From a virus (lineage: Duplodnaviria > Caudoviricetes), in the IMG/VR virus record IMGVR_UViG_3300034053_000018, positions 1 through 62,801 of that record: 62,801 bases of DNA; one strand, 5' to 3'. The notes beneath the pieces are model-generated. The model saw nothing but the letters and a program-made list of their open reading frames with translations. It did not search any database and was not told the origin of the DNA. A program made the translations under genes and the position numbers. Shown one piece after another: positions 25,862-36,630 of this stretch. Every line of letters begins with the position of its first letter. Position 1 is the stretch's first letter.

Positions 25862-28497
25862 TCTTTGTTCTCTGGCTGGGCAGCGGAGATTATGCCGACC
25901 AGAGTGGGGTTGCTCAGAATGTATTTGCGGAACTGTTCTGGGCTTTTCCCCTTGTACTGGAACAGCGCCTGCGCTATCTTGGGGTCGCGGAATGCGGCCT
26001 CAGTAAGCGCCGCAGCGACGGTACGATCCCCAAACAAAGCGTCCTGCACACGCATCAGCATACCAGCTTCTCGACCCATAGCGCCGTAGAGGAATTGCTT
26101 TTCCCCCACCGAGGCGGATCTGGCGTAACCTTCTGGGTTTAGACCCCGACGCACTGAGTCCTCTACATCCCGCAGGGAGTTGCGAAGGTCGTCAATTACG
26201 CCGGAGGGAGCGCCTGCTCTACGCAGAGCGTCAGCGTAGCGATCCATGATCCGCTGAGAATTCGGAGCCGACCCGAAAGAGGATCCCCCAGTCAGCATAC
26301 TGTTCATCTCACGCTGAAAGGCTGCAACTATTCCTTGGTAGGCATCATCCAACTTACCCGCCTTGCGCGCCGAGTTGATGAGTCGATTCACATCTGCGGT
26401 TGAATGGGGGTCGCGCATCATCCTGCTGAAATCATCCAACGGTACGTCCGTTCCGGCAAACCGCGCTTCGGGCGTAGCCGCTACGTCACGTTGTGCTTGG
26501 CGCAGAGCAGCGTCGCGCTCAGACGCTGCGGCACCTACCACACGAGAAGTCTCAGACACACCAGCCTTCTCGGCTTGGAGTGCAGCGTCCCGTGCTGCTT
26601 GCTGCGCCGCCTGTATTTGATACTGCTGTTGGAGACTACTTTCCAGAGATGTACCATACTTGGCGTCGTAGGCGCGGAGGAACGGGCCATACCCCTTGTC
26701 AGATAGTATTTTGTTGATACCACCAGCCAGATCCCCCGTCTTGGTGGCATCCAGTAACTGACGTTGAATCCACTCCTCGACGAGGGGCTGCACATTCGCC
26801 GTCGTACCTGCCCGAGTGTGGGCTGCTACCAACTTGTCTAGCTCATCAACCGCTTCTTTACCTGTGAGGCCGGAGGGGATCAGCTTCTCTGCGGCGGCGG
26901 AAGGTGGGGCATCTTTACCCAAAACCTTCTTGGTCACTCCGGCATTCAGCGGAGCAGCAGTGGTGCTGTACGCCTCGTCACCCATGCGTTTCATCAGCAC
27001 ACGCGCATCAGGGGTGGCGTCGAAAGCATCATTCACCGACTTCCGTACCGGTTGGAACAGTGTATTCAACTGCTTGGCAGCAGTCTTGTCACTCTTACTT
27101 AACGTGTCGATGGTGGAGTCAAGTTCTACACGGATCTGGTTCAGCACACGAGCGTTCGTCGGGCGAAGCACCATGTTCCCTTGGTCGTCCAGCATGTATA
27201 GCTTGTTGAGTTGAGCGTCCAAGAATGAGGACGGGTTCGACGCCCCAGAAGCACGATTCCTCAGAAGTTCTCGCTGAATACCCTCGATTGCCTTCGCCAC
27301 CCCCTGCACCTCCGACGGTGGGATGCGGACATTCTCCCATGCAGCGCCGTACAGCGGATCAGTCACATTCTGCTTCAATGACTCTTTTGCCCCCGCCGCT
27401 TCACTGTGGAGAGCAGAGCCGATTTCCTCGCCGGGGCGAATCCTACCCGGGGCGCGGAGTTGCTGCTCCAAAGCAAGTGCGTCGGCCTCTGCCTGCCGAG
27501 CGGCTTGGACTCGTGCCGCCTGAGCGGCTTGAGCCTGCTGCTCTACGGTAGAGTACTGGCTAGTGGCGGCTGACTCACGGGAAGCAAGATCGTCAGCGGC
27601 AGACTGCCCCCACGCCGGTTGTGCAGCACGAAGCGGATCGCGGCCAGCGACAGTATCCTCGACCCCCTTGACGACGTTGGCGCGAGTGGTGGGTCGGAAA
27701 TCTTTCTTCAACATCTCCGCCACATGGGGAACCGCCCGTTCAAACTCAGGTGTTCCCGGTGTGATATCGCGAAGGGGCTTCTTCGTACTGAGGGCGCGTT
27801 CCTTCGCGAGTATGTTGACTCCGCCGAGCGTAGGTGCCACGGCGAAAGACCCTAGTATCTCAGCCACCGTGCGCCCAGTGTCGGAGTCAATTCCGACTTT
27901 AGGAGCTATCCTTGCACCAGCCTCACCCACTGTGGGGGCTGAAGCTGCCGTCAGTCCTGCCAGTTTCTTCGGCATACCTAACGCAAGCCCACTGGTGAGC
28001 ATAGGCGTGCCACGCTCCGCCGTAACTTTCGCCAATGCACCTACCGGAGTGTCCGCTTCGTAATCGGGTGGGATGGCCCCCATCGAAGTGAGCGTTTCCA
28101 ACACCCCCTCACTGGTGTGGGGGCGCATGTACTCGTTGAACTGAGTTGGCTCAGTCTTCCGAATCAGGTCACGAATTGCTGTCTTCCTTGACTCGGAGAT
28201 ATCCAGAGCGTCACCCAACCACCCTAGCCCGCGAAACGCCAGAGATGGGATATTGGGGAGTGCAGCGGCAACATCCGGTACGAACATGGATCCACGCGCC
28301 GCCGCTACGGATGCAGTACGCCCGAGCTTCTGCTCATCCGACAGCTTCGGAGGCTTCGGGGGAGGCTCAACCTTCGGCGTCGACTCGGCTATGAAGTCAG
28401 GTGCTGGCGGCTCCGCAACAGGTGTGTTGGCGGATGATGCCAAGAAGCTGCCTACAAAGTCGGGGGCGTCATCTTTCCTACGAGCAGGTTCAGCCAT
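25858..28497 (-). CDS. Large internal virion (ejection-type) protein
   Basis: About 879 aa, Ala-rich and helical; last gene of the virion operon. Confidence 0.7.
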   Translation of the reverse strand: MAEPARRKDDAPDFVGSFLASSANTPVAEPPAPDFIAESTPKVEPPPKPPKLSDEQKLGRTASVAAARGSMFVPDVAAALPNIPSLAFRGLGWLGDALDISESRKTAIRDLIRKTEPTQFNEYMRPHTSEGVLETLTSMGAIPPDYEADTPVGALAKVTAERGTPMLTSGLALGMPKKLAGLTAASAPTVGEAGARIAPKVGIDSDTGRTVAEILGSFAVAPTLGGVNILAKERALSTKKPLRDITPGTPEFERAVPHVAEMLKKDFRPTTRANVVKGVEDTVAGRDPLRAAQPAWGQSAADDLASRESAATSQYSTVEQQAQAAQAARVQAARQAEADALALEQQLRAPGRIRPGEEIGSALHSEAAGAKESLKQNVTDPLYGAAWENVRIPPSEVQGVAKAIEGIQRELLRNRASGASNPSSFLDAQLNKLYMLDDQGNMVLRPTNARVLNQIRVELDSTIDTLSKSDKTAAKQLNTLFQPVRKSVNDAFDATPDARVLMKRMGDEAYSTTAAPLNAGVTKKVLGKDAPPSAAAEKLIPSGLTGKEAVDELDKLVAAHTRAGTTANVQPLVEEWIQRQLLDATKTGDLAGGINKILSDKGYGPFLRAYDAKYGTSLESSLQQQYQIQAAQQAARDAALQAEKAGVSETSRVVGAAASERDAALRQAQRDVAATPEARFAGTDVPLDDFSRMMRDPHSTADVNRLINSARKAGKLDDAYQGIVAAFQREMNSMLTGGSSFGSAPNSQRIMDRYADALRRAGAPSGVIDDLRNSLRDVEDSVRRGLNPEGYARSASVGEKQFLYGAMGREAGMLMRVQDALFGDRTVAAALTEAAFRDPKIAQALFQYKGKSPEQFRKYILSNPTLVGIISAAQPENKD

Positions 28498-30323
28498 TAT
28501 TTCGTCTCCGACGCATTGGTCTTGGTGGCAGGTAACTTGTTCCAATTCACGAGGGCTGCGCGGTCAGCGTTACCCTCGAACCCATTCTCCTGCGCCTTGG
28601 TCTTGTAGAGATTCAGGTATTCGGACAGGCCCATGTAACCGCGACCGTTGACGTATTTTACGGAACTATCCGGCTTAACGCCGTCAGAGCCGACCATGAA
28701 CACCGAACTTCGCCACGGTTTGTCGTGGCCTACCAAACTACCTGTGGATTCCCTGTGGGTATCCGCCGCCTGTTTCTTGAGAGATTGCTGCTGATACGTC
28801 TCTTTGATGTACGCTGCCATCCACTCATTAGCATCTGCAGACTTGCCGACGTTGACTACCTGCGTCTTGGCGCGGTCAGCATCACCCTCGGTCTGCACAC
28901 CCTTGGCGGCTTGGAGAATAGCCTGCACCATCGAAGCTGAGAGTTGATCTGCGGTCTGCGCGGTGACGATGTTCTTGTAGAGAGGACTATCCTTGGGGGC
29001 CAGCATCGCCGCCCAGCTACCGACTGGTCCCGCAAGAATCTCCATCCCCTTGCCGGACTTCTCAGCCGCTGTCGCTTTCGACATAATATCCATGAAGTTT
29101 TTGGTGGTGTTATGGAGAGAGTTGGCAGCTTGGTACGGGGTGTTAATGTTAGCCTCATAGTCGGTCTTAGCCAGATCCACTGCGGCTTTGGCGTCAGCTT
29201 CCCCACCAGCAATCTTGACTTTCTGGTTTAGTTCGCTTCCGTACTTCGTAGTACCTGTTGCGGATGGGGTCGATGCCTGTGGTACAGCAACCGTTGGGTT
29301 GGTCTCCGGCATGGGGACGAATCCCTGCTGACCGGTCGAGACGATAGACTCACGCCCCTTGGGGAACTTATCAGCCATCACCGTTGACAATGCTGCGTGA
29401 AGTTTCTTGTCACCACTGCGAGCCGCGCCGGTCAAGGCATCTCGCAGTGCGGAGAACGATGCTGCGTCGTTACCCAGTTCTACGGCAAACGGAGTACCGC
29501 CATCGGTAGTCGGGCGAGGTGCCGAGGGTGGGTGGAACCCAGCGGCTTCGCGCCGAGCCAGATTGTTGAGCAGTTCCGTGTATGTCTGGTCATCCATGCC
29601 CCCTGCGGCAGATGCCGCGTGGACGGAGCGCATGAATTGATCTTTGTAGCTCTTGGAGAACAGTTCGTCGCGTTGTGCGGCATCCATGTTTCCACCGAGA
29701 TCCTTCAACTGCTGCATCGCAAACTGCGTCGCCGCACTGTCTAGGTTCTTCGCCAACGCCGCTGATTTGCCACTACGCGCCTGAGCCGCTTGGAGTTTAG
29801 TCGCCGCGTCCATCTGTGTCTTGAGGTTCGCCTGATCTTCATCCAACAGAGCCTTCGACTTCGCCTGCTCCGTTGCATTGAACTTCTGCCGACCCGCTGC
29901 CGAAGCGCCACCGAGTTGAGCCAGAGCCATGCCGAGGTTGCCTTGCTGCATCATCTCCGGCTTCAGAGTACCTGCTGCCATCGCGAAGTTGTCGATGGGG
30001 GAGAATTCCTCCGGAGCCATAGACGCCTCAAACCGCTTGCGAGAAGCCTCCATTGCCGCTTGAGCCGATGGGAGTCCCTTCTGGACGTTGTTCTGCAACC
30101 ACGACATGAAGTTCATCGGTTGGTTGTTAGGGATGGCAGGTTGGGCAGCAGTGTTGATAGTATCTATGGCCTCATCCAGACCATCGCTGGCCGTCGCCGC
30201 ACCGGTACTCTGACGCATCATGTCCAGAGGACTACTTGCAGGTGGTCCTCCTGCGGGAGCACCAGATGGTAATCCACCGCGAGGTTGCGTCGCCATCTGC
30301 ATTGCTTGACTCATTCCCGGCAT
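28497..30323 (-). CDS. Internal virion (ejection-type) protein
   Basis: 608 aa, Ala/Gln-rich; KGVQTEGDADRA motif; position. Confidence 0.7.
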   Translation of the reverse strand: MPGMSQAMQMATQPRGGLPSGAPAGGPPASSPLDMMRQSTGAATASDGLDEAIDTINTAAQPAIPNNQPMNFMSWLQNNVQKGLPSAQAAMEASRKRFEASMAPEEFSPIDNFAMAAGTLKPEMMQQGNLGMALAQLGGASAAGRQKFNATEQAKSKALLDEDQANLKTQMDAATKLQAAQARSGKSAALAKNLDSAATQFAMQQLKDLGGNMDAAQRDELFSKSYKDQFMRSVHAASAAGGMDDQTYTELLNNLARREAAGFHPPSAPRPTTDGGTPFAVELGNDAASFSALRDALTGAARSGDKKLHAALSTVMADKFPKGRESIVSTGQQGFVPMPETNPTVAVPQASTPSATGTTKYGSELNQKVKIAGGEADAKAAVDLAKTDYEANINTPYQAANSLHNTTKNFMDIMSKATAAEKSGKGMEILAGPVGSWAAMLAPKDSPLYKNIVTAQTADQLSASMVQAILQAAKGVQTEGDADRAKTQVVNVGKSADANEWMAAYIKETYQQQSLKKQAADTHRESTGSLVGHDKPWRSSVFMVGSDGVKPDSSVKYVNGRGYMGLSEYLNLYKTKAQENGFEGNADRAALVNWNKLPATKTNASETK

Positions 30324-30332
30324 GATTGTTCC

Positions 30333-31265
30333 TTACGCAGGTTTCGGCGTTGCGAACGCACTGTTGACCATCGACGCACCGCCGACACCACCCATACCGG
30401 CAGCGAGCCACGGGTTGGTGACATTCGGCTGCTGCACGTTGGAGCCGTAGGTCGGGATCGGGTTGCCTTGAACAGCACCAGTCCAGCGACCCATCTGCTG
30501 CCACGGGAAGGCTTGCTGATCCATGAAGTCTTGGTAGCCAAGGTTCAGGTTCTGCTGGTTCATGTTCTGCTGCTGAGTACCCATGTTCATCAGCGCACCG
30601 GCATCCTGCTGTGCGTAGTTCTGGGCCGTCTGCCCGAAGTTCATCAGGTCAGTCCCCATGCGCGCTTGGTTGCCAGCATAGTTCCCCATCTGACTACCCA
30701 TCGCGCCTTCCTGCTTGGCCCAATTAAGGTAGTCACCCATCGCGTTCTGGCGACCCGTCATCATGACGTTGGCCTTCTGCTGCTCGATCTGAGACTGCGC
30801 GTTGGCGGCAGCATCCTGACCAAGGATCTGGTGGCGACCGGAGCCAAACTGACCTGTACCGGCGAAGTTGTCATTCAACCCTTTGAGTGTGGTGTTCTGG
30901 AAGTTGCGCTGACCGATCTGGTCGATGGCGTTCTGCATCCCCTGAACGGCGGGGCTGTAGTTGTCCCAGAACACATTCTCGTAGGTGGGGTCGTTGTACG
31001 TTCCAGCGCGTTGCGTCATCTGCGCCATCGTGTTCAGACCACCCTGACCGGAGGCCAAAGCGTCCTGCGCTTGGTCGGCATAGGGACGCCACATGTCCAG
31101 CGAGTCACGGGTGCGAGCAAACGCAGCCTGCTGATCAGGTGTGAATTCGGCAATGCGTGGACCCTCGTATGGGGCGTATTCCTCCTGAGCCAGTGCCTTA
31201 CCGCTCTCGGCAATTTCACGCAGATAGTCGTTGTACCAATCGGGAGCTTGTCCTGTGAATGCCAT
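30333..31265 (-). CDS. Internal virion / DNA pilot-like protein
   Basis: PYEGPRIAEFTPDQQAAF; GQFGSGR; Gln/Gly-rich. Confidence 0.7.
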   Translation of the reverse strand: MAFTGQAPDWYNDYLREIAESGKALAQEEYAPYEGPRIAEFTPDQQAAFARTRDSLDMWRPYADQAQDALASGQGGLNTMAQMTQRAGTYNDPTYENVFWDNYSPAVQGMQNAIDQIGQRNFQNTTLKGLNDNFAGTGQFGSGRHQILGQDAAANAQSQIEQQKANVMMTGRQNAMGDYLNWAKQEGAMGSQMGNYAGNQARMGTDLMNFGQTAQNYAQQDAGALMNMGTQQQNMNQQNLNLGYQDFMDQQAFPWQQMGRWTGAVQGNPIPTYGSNVQQPNVTNPWLAAGMGGVGGASMVNSAFATPKPA

Positions 31266-31267
31266 GA

Positions 31268-32824
31268 TTATTTCCCTTTCAAGTATTGCTCAGGAGCCTT
31301 GGCCTTCGGGGGGATCTTCTTGTGTGATACCCCGCGCTTGTGCTTCCTGACATTCTCGCGCATTTTATCCAACCGGCGCGCACCCTCGTCTGAATTCCCA
31401 TCACCGAGTGAGGCTACCACATCGGCATCCATCACATACTCACCATCCGACAACATGGCAGGGACGTTGTCCTGCTGACCACCAGCACGACCACCCTTGA
31501 CGTAGCGTTGGATGACGGGGTCGGCTTGGATGCTGGACAGGCCACCATTCACCGCTCCACCCTTGGCTTTCGGTTGGGCGTTGTTAAGAAATTCATTCAA
31601 CGGATTCACCCCGACCCAACCGTTCGGTGCGGCTCGCTCAAACAACCTCTTTTGGGGACCATGACCGTAGGTGTAGTAATCTCGCTGACTCTGTGGAGTG
31701 CTAGGCATCCCGAACGTGGGCAACCCATTCTGTTGGGCGTAGCGCGTAGCGGCTTCGTACATGGCAGTAACTTCACCGGGGTTTAGCCCGTATTGGTTCG
31801 CCAGATTGGACAATGTCTCACCGCGCTTGGCAGCTTCTTGGAAGATACCATAGAGTTGTTCCACAGATTGGTTAGACCCTTGGATCAACGTGTCGCGCCA
31901 ATTCTGACCAGATGAGGGGCTGTTGGTCTGGAACGAGTCGAAGTTCGACTTGAGTGGTGGAAGTGCTCCTGCTTGACTCAACCCACCAGCGAAAGAATCC
32001 GGAGACGTGGGTTGTTGAGGCTGCGTCGGCTGCGGGGTGAATACGGAGGGCCATGCTTTGGGCTGCTGCACTGTCGGGGAACCGCCAACAACCGCACCAC
32101 CCGGAACTGACGGTGAAGGGGTTGCCGAAGGTTGTCCTGCCGGACTCACATATCCGTACAGCGGGTTGCTGCCGACCTCTTGTGGGCGTCCCGCACCTAC
32201 CCCGTCAGAGTAGGTGACGTACCCATACCCCATGTTGCCGAGGTCAGCTTGTGATTGCTTTTCAAACTTGGAGATGATGCTCTCGGGTGAGTAGTACGCG
32301 CCCGTTTGCTGCTGCAACTGCTGAGATATTTGAGTGGGGTCGTACCCAGCGATTCGCTGCTGATTGTAGAAGTTCTGCCAGTCAGCATCGGTGTAGTTCG
32401 CGTAAGGATCCGCAGCAGGTACAGGTGCAGGTGCAGGTGCAGGTGCAGGTGCAGGTGCAGGTGCAGGTGCAGGTGCAGGTGCAGGTGCAGGTGCAGGTGC
32501 TGCCTGTTGAAGCGGTGAGGGTTCCGGTGCGGGTGCTGAGTATCCACCACCGAATTTGGCGTCGATGCTTTCCGGCGAATAGTAAGCGCCGGTCTGCTGC
32601 TGAACCAACTGCGAGATAGTGTTGGCATCAGCGCCACCAGCTACCTGCTGATTGTAGAAGTTCTGCCAATCGGCGTCGGTATAGTTGGCGTAAGTATCAG
32701 TGGGAGCAGGTGCAGGGGTAGGCGCACTATAGGTCGGCTCCGGAGATGCTGCGGGAGCAGGTGCGGCTTCAGCAGTGCCGTCATCGTAATACTGACCGGT
32801 GAACGGGTTGAATCGTTGTACCAT
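31268..32824 (-). CDS. Virion-associated protein with Pro-Ala repeat and conserved C-terminal domain
   Basis: (PA)n tract, internal duplication, C-terminal GGQQDNVPAMLSDGEYVMDADVVASLGDGNSDEGARRL. Confidence 0.75.
   Translation of the reverse strand: MVQRFNPFTGQYYDDGTAEAAPAPAASPEPTYSAPTPAPAPTDTYANYTDADWQNFYNQQVAGGADANTISQLVQQQTGAYYSPESIDAKFGGGYSAPAPEPSPLQQAAPAPAPAPAPAPAPAPAPAPAPAPAPVPAADPYANYTDADWQNFYNQQRIAGYDPTQISQQLQQQTGAYYSPESIISKFEKQSQADLGNMGYGYVTYSDGVGAGRPQEVGSNPLYGYVSPAGQPSATPSPSVPGGAVVGGSPTVQQPKAWPSVFTPQPTQPQQPTSPDSFAGGLSQAGALPPLKSNFDSFQTNSPSSGQNWRDTLIQGSNQSVEQLYGIFQEAAKRGETLSNLANQYGLNPGEVTAMYEAATRYAQQNGLPTFGMPSTPQSQRDYYTYGHGPQKRLFERAAPNGWVGVNPLNEFLNNAQPKAKGGAVNGGLSSIQADPVIQRYVKGGRAGGQQDNVPAMLSDGEYVMDADVVASLGDGNSDEGARRLDKMRENVRKHKRGVSHKKIPPKAKAPEQYLKGK
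32415..32500. repeat. Hexamer tandem repeat (GCAGGT), about 14 units, encoding (Ala-Pro)n
   Basis: Directly visible. Confidence 0.95.
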
Positions 32825-32830
32825 AACCTA

Positions 32831-33643
32831 TTACCTCCGCACCTGATTCAAGCCACCAGCGTTGCGCGTCGCCATTGGGCCGATGTTCCGCAGGGGGCGA
32901 TTAACCCAGTCTTCCTTGGCGCGCTGACGCTCATAGTCAGCTTCGAGCCGAGCGTTACGCGCCTTGGCGTCTTGGTAGGAGGCGACACCCAGACCGCCAC
33001 CGATGAGGAGTTTGAGAAGGTTTTGGTTGGCCTTGTCACCAGCCCAATCACCAAGCGTACCTAGCTTCTCCTTCAACGCATTTACAAAGTCGAACGATCC
33101 CGGTTTCGGGATGTCAGCCGAGTCTTTGTTGAGCCACCCCATCGGAGACTGCTCAATTGTTTGTCCGGGTAATGACTTGTCGCCGTAGTTGACCGCATCA
33201 GCACCGTCGCGAACCGCATCGCTCGGCCTCGTCATGTAGAGGTTTTCCCACCCACGGTCATTGTAGCCAGTAGGTGCGGGGGATCGTAGTGCGTCAGCCC
33301 ATGCTGTCGACGGCTCTTCAGACACCGTGGGTGCAGCTAGAGTCTGCTCTACGCGCTGCCAAATTGGCGACACCTCACTAGATTGACTTTGCAAACCATC
33401 AAGGACATGAGCTAGTCCGGGGAAAGCAGCGGCTAAATCCTGTAGATTAGGTTGTGGGGCATCACTACCCCCACCACCCAACGAAAACACCGGATTTTCA
33501 CCATTGAACACCGGTCGATTGTCACCACCAACTCCCGTAATCTCATCGCGTATGCGTTGCGCCAACTCGGGGTCATGGTCGTAATTGCTACCTATGATCT
33601 CATTAACTATGGGATCATCGAAACTGTAAGTTTCATTGCTCAT
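32831..33643 (-). CDS. Hypothetical virion-associated protein
   Basis: 270-aa ORF in the operon. Confidence 0.7.
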   Translation of the reverse strand: MSNETYSFDDPIVNEIIGSNYDHDPELAQRIRDEITGVGGDNRPVFNGENPVFSLGGGGSDAPQPNLQDLAAAFPGLAHVLDGLQSQSSEVSPIWQRVEQTLAAPTVSEEPSTAWADALRSPAPTGYNDRGWENLYMTRPSDAVRDGADAVNYGDKSLPGQTIEQSPMGWLNKDSADIPKPGSFDFVNALKEKLGTLGDWAGDKANQNLLKLLIGGGLGVASYQDAKARNARLEADYERQRAKEDWVNRPLRNIGPMATRNAGGLNQVRR

Positions 33644-34824
33644 GTGAAGTACCCCTTTTTATTTCCTAGTGCACTGCCGAACTGTTCATAGTTCTGCTGA
33701 CCACCGCCAGAACGCCAGTATTGATTAGTGTTACCGCCACCGGAAGGTTGGCGCTGATTGTTGGCAACTTGGGTCAAGCCGGACTGACGGTCTGGACGAT
33801 TAGCCAGTGCCACCGCTGTTGAGACAGGTATTCCTGTTGTTGAGTCAATCCACTGCCCAGCAGCATTCTGAATCAGTTTGTCGAAGTCTACACCTTGACC
33901 GGAAGCGACTCCTTTGGCAGCAGTGGCTCCGACGTTCGCCAAGAGTTTTGCTCCTGTTGGGCCAAGCGCCTCTTGAAGCGCAGTGGGTGGGAGTGGCCCC
34001 ATAGCGCCAACTGTACTCGGGTTGATATAGTTAGAGGCCGCACCACCGATACCACCCAATCCTCCGCCTACAACCGAGTTTTTAACGATGTCACCGAAGT
34101 CGCCCCCGCGTAGTGCGGTACTCAACCCACTGGTCATAGCACCAGCACCGATACCAGTAGCAACAGCCCCAGAAGCGCCAAGAGCGGAACCTATTGACCC
34201 AGCCAACCCCTGCATTCCGGGGATAAACATCATCCCGATGGGAAGTGCCATGCTTAAAAAGCCACCGAACCCATCGTCTTCGTCACTCTTGGCATCATGG
34301 TACTGCGATGCTTGCTCCCGAAGCTGGGTACTGGCTTTACTGTATGCGTCCAAATCCGGGGAAGCCTGAAACTTGGCGAGCGCACCCGGATCAGCGCGCT
34401 GCATGATTTCCTGAGCGATGGCTATCGGGTCAGAGTTGTGCTGATACCCCGTACCGTACTTCTTAATGTGGTTTTGCAGTGTTTGATAGGCAGCGTCATC
34501 TAACTTGTCTCGACCAATACCAGAAGCATACTTACCAAGTACTGACTCAACAAGCTGCTGACTGTGGGGACTAAAATCCGTAGAGTATCCTTGATACTTG
34601 AGTACAAGGGGGCCGTACTCCGGGTCATTGTCGCCATATCCCCCAAGCTGGGGTCGCTGGATGTTACCGTAAGCACCATACATTTGGTTACGGTCAAACG
34701 TAATACCGTCTATGACGCGATTAGCAGCGTCGTCGTAGCGTGAGGTTACTTGACTCAGACCACCGCTTGCCTCCGGGGCAGGGGGTACGCGCTGCTCAAG
34801 GTAGGGGTTACGGGCGACGGTCAT
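33640..34824 (-). CDS. Gly-rich virion-associated (ejection-type) protein
   Basis: Gly/Ala-rich hydrophobic central segment. Confidence 0.7.
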   Translation of the reverse strand: MTVARNPYLEQRVPPAPEASGGLSQVTSRYDDAANRVIDGITFDRNQMYGAYGNIQRPQLGGYGDNDPEYGPLVLKYQGYSTDFSPHSQQLVESVLGKYASGIGRDKLDDAAYQTLQNHIKKYGTGYQHNSDPIAIAQEIMQRADPGALAKFQASPDLDAYSKASTQLREQASQYHDAKSDEDDGFGGFLSMALPIGMMFIPGMQGLAGSIGSALGASGAVATGIGAGAMTSGLSTALRGGDFGDIVKNSVVGGGLGGIGGAASNYINPSTVGAMGPLPPTALQEALGPTGAKLLANVGATAAKGVASGQGVDFDKLIQNAAGQWIDSTTGIPVSTAVALANRPDRQSGLTQVANNQRQPSGGGNTNQYWRSGGGQQNYEQFGSALGNKKGYFT

Positions 34825-36629
34825 GACCGGATATCTCCCGGCTCGGTGTGCAGGATAACCCGCCCCATCTCGTAGAAGCCATCAACCTCGTTGGACTCAA
34901 ACTTGAGACGGATCATGCGGCGTTGCTCACGCATGTCAATCTTGGTCGCTGTCGAACCAAAGGTGTAGGAAGTCTCGCGGGGAGCGCCGTCTTGTGCGAA
35001 CTCGTTGCCGATTACCGTCAGTGTCATGTCGCCAGTCTGTACGAAATCCGGTTCTACACGAATCAGTCGCGTAAAGTAATCCTGTCCAGTGGGCTTCTCG
35101 CCATCCGCCCCACCCGTCGGGAAGCCAAAGTCATTGGTCTCAACATAGCTTTGAATAGCTACTTCTTGCCCAGCTTCAACCTTATTATACCCCACCTCGT
35201 GTGCGTAGGCAATATATCGCGGGGTATCATATGCAGTTACCGTATGTGTACCACTCTGTACTCCGGTTGTGGTAATCGTGGGGCCATCTTCAGTCGCAGA
35301 TATGGTGAAGGTGTTGTTGGTCAGATTCTGGGAGATGTAGTAATCAGTTAATGCATTCAATCCGGTGGGTAACGCACCGGTTGTAGTGAACCGGATACGC
35401 TGACCAACTTGCAATCCACTATTGGCCCAAGTAACGACGCAGGGGGAAGCAATGGTCAAGGTAACAATGGACGAGATGTTTTCGGTACTTCCCGGAACAT
35501 TACCTGTGAGTACCGGATAGCGGAGCGTCTGGACTGAAGCACCGCAACCCCTAGATATCCGAGTGTCGTACCAGCATTTCTCTCGGATGTTGTAGATCAC
35601 AGTACGGTTGCACTCGGTGGCATCCGACCCGAATGGGAAGTGCCAGCAGACTTCACCCCACCGTGGGACGACCACTGCCCAGACTTTCTGCCGCTGGTTG
35701 AAGTTGAGATTGTCAAAAACCCAGTTGATATTGGTCTGATTGGGGAGTTCCTGCACCCGACCGTCGTAGACGTAGAACCGATCTAGCCCCATCCAGAAGA
35801 ACAGCCCGTCCAACTCCACCACACCATTCGACGACATGATGGTGGACGCGCCCACAGGGTCATACCGGAACACCGCTCCACCACCTACATAACTGACTTT
35901 GATGAGTGTGTCCAGCGACCAAAATAGACCAGAAGGCGACTGACCGCCACCACGCATCGGCAGACCCTTGACGATCTTGGTATAGGCTACATTGACCTCA
36001 TTGGCGTCGTTACCTACACCAATGATCCAGTCATTCGGCTTGTTCAGGTTGGAGTTCTTGATGAATCCATCATTGCCGTAGGCGAAGACGTAAGGTTGCA
36101 AGACCACCACACCACCAGAAACACTGACCGTTCCACCACTACCATCGTCAACCGCTTGGAATAGTGAAGTACTGTCTCCTGCTGTAGAGTAGTACAGAGG
36201 ATAGTCAGTTGAGGATGAGATGTCCAAAAGGTTGTTTGCTGGATGGGCGACTAGGATGTTATCCCCACCACCCGTAGCGTCGTAAATACCTGCACTCTGC
36301 CACTGGAACTCAACATTCGGTGCAAAACCCGTAGGCGAAACATCGAAAGTCTGCGTACCTGTAAGGTTGTTGTCCGTCTGGAATACTGAAATTCCGCCGC
36401 TATGGAACAGGTAGACGCTGTTGGTATTATTCTTGGCGAACGTGAAGATGCCGCGAGGAATGTAGCTCAAGTCCTCAACGATGGCGCGGTAGCCGCCCAT
36501 CTTCCGAGGGCGCTTGCGGTAAAAGCGAACATGTTGACCGTCGACAAAGCCGTTGGCGTCAAGGGTAGTGCCGTCCCGCTGAATTCCGGGCTGACTATTA
36601 ACTTGAAATATCGGGCGGGGATCTGGCAT
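34821..36629 (-). CDS. Tail tube / packaged-DNA stabilisation protein (P22 gp10 / T7 tubular B-like)
   Basis: PGIQRDGT..VRF..PRKMGG; FFWMG..FYVYDG.V..LP; EVCWHFP..ECNR.VIYN..E..W. Confidence 0.75.
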   Translation of the reverse strand: MPDPRPIFQVNSQPGIQRDGTTLDANGFVDGQHVRFYRKRPRKMGGYRAIVEDLSYIPRGIFTFAKNNTNSVYLFHSGGISVFQTDNNLTGTQTFDVSPTGFAPNVEFQWQSAGIYDATGGGDNILVAHPANNLLDISSSTDYPLYYSTAGDSTSLFQAVDDGSGGTVSVSGGVVVLQPYVFAYGNDGFIKNSNLNKPNDWIIGVGNDANEVNVAYTKIVKGLPMRGGGQSPSGLFWSLDTLIKVSYVGGGAVFRYDPVGASTIMSSNGVVELDGLFFWMGLDRFYVYDGRVQELPNQTNINWVFDNLNFNQRQKVWAVVVPRWGEVCWHFPFGSDATECNRTVIYNIREKCWYDTRISRGCGASVQTLRYPVLTGNVPGSTENISSIVTLTIASPCVVTWANSGLQVGQRIRFTTTGALPTGLNALTDYYISQNLTNNTFTISATEDGPTITTTGVQSGTHTVTAYDTPRYIAYAHEVGYNKVEAGQEVAIQSYVETNDFGFPTGGADGEKPTGQDYFTRLIRVEPDFVQTGDMTLTVIGNEFAQDGAPRETSYTFGSTATKIDMREQRRMIRLKFESNEVDGFYEMGRVILHTEPGDIRS

Positions 36630-36630
36630 A

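Noticed and set aside
32197-32637. Alternative-frame ORFs with (HL)n, (QV)n or (RC)n tracts
   Set aside because: By-products of the hexamer repeat in other frames and strands
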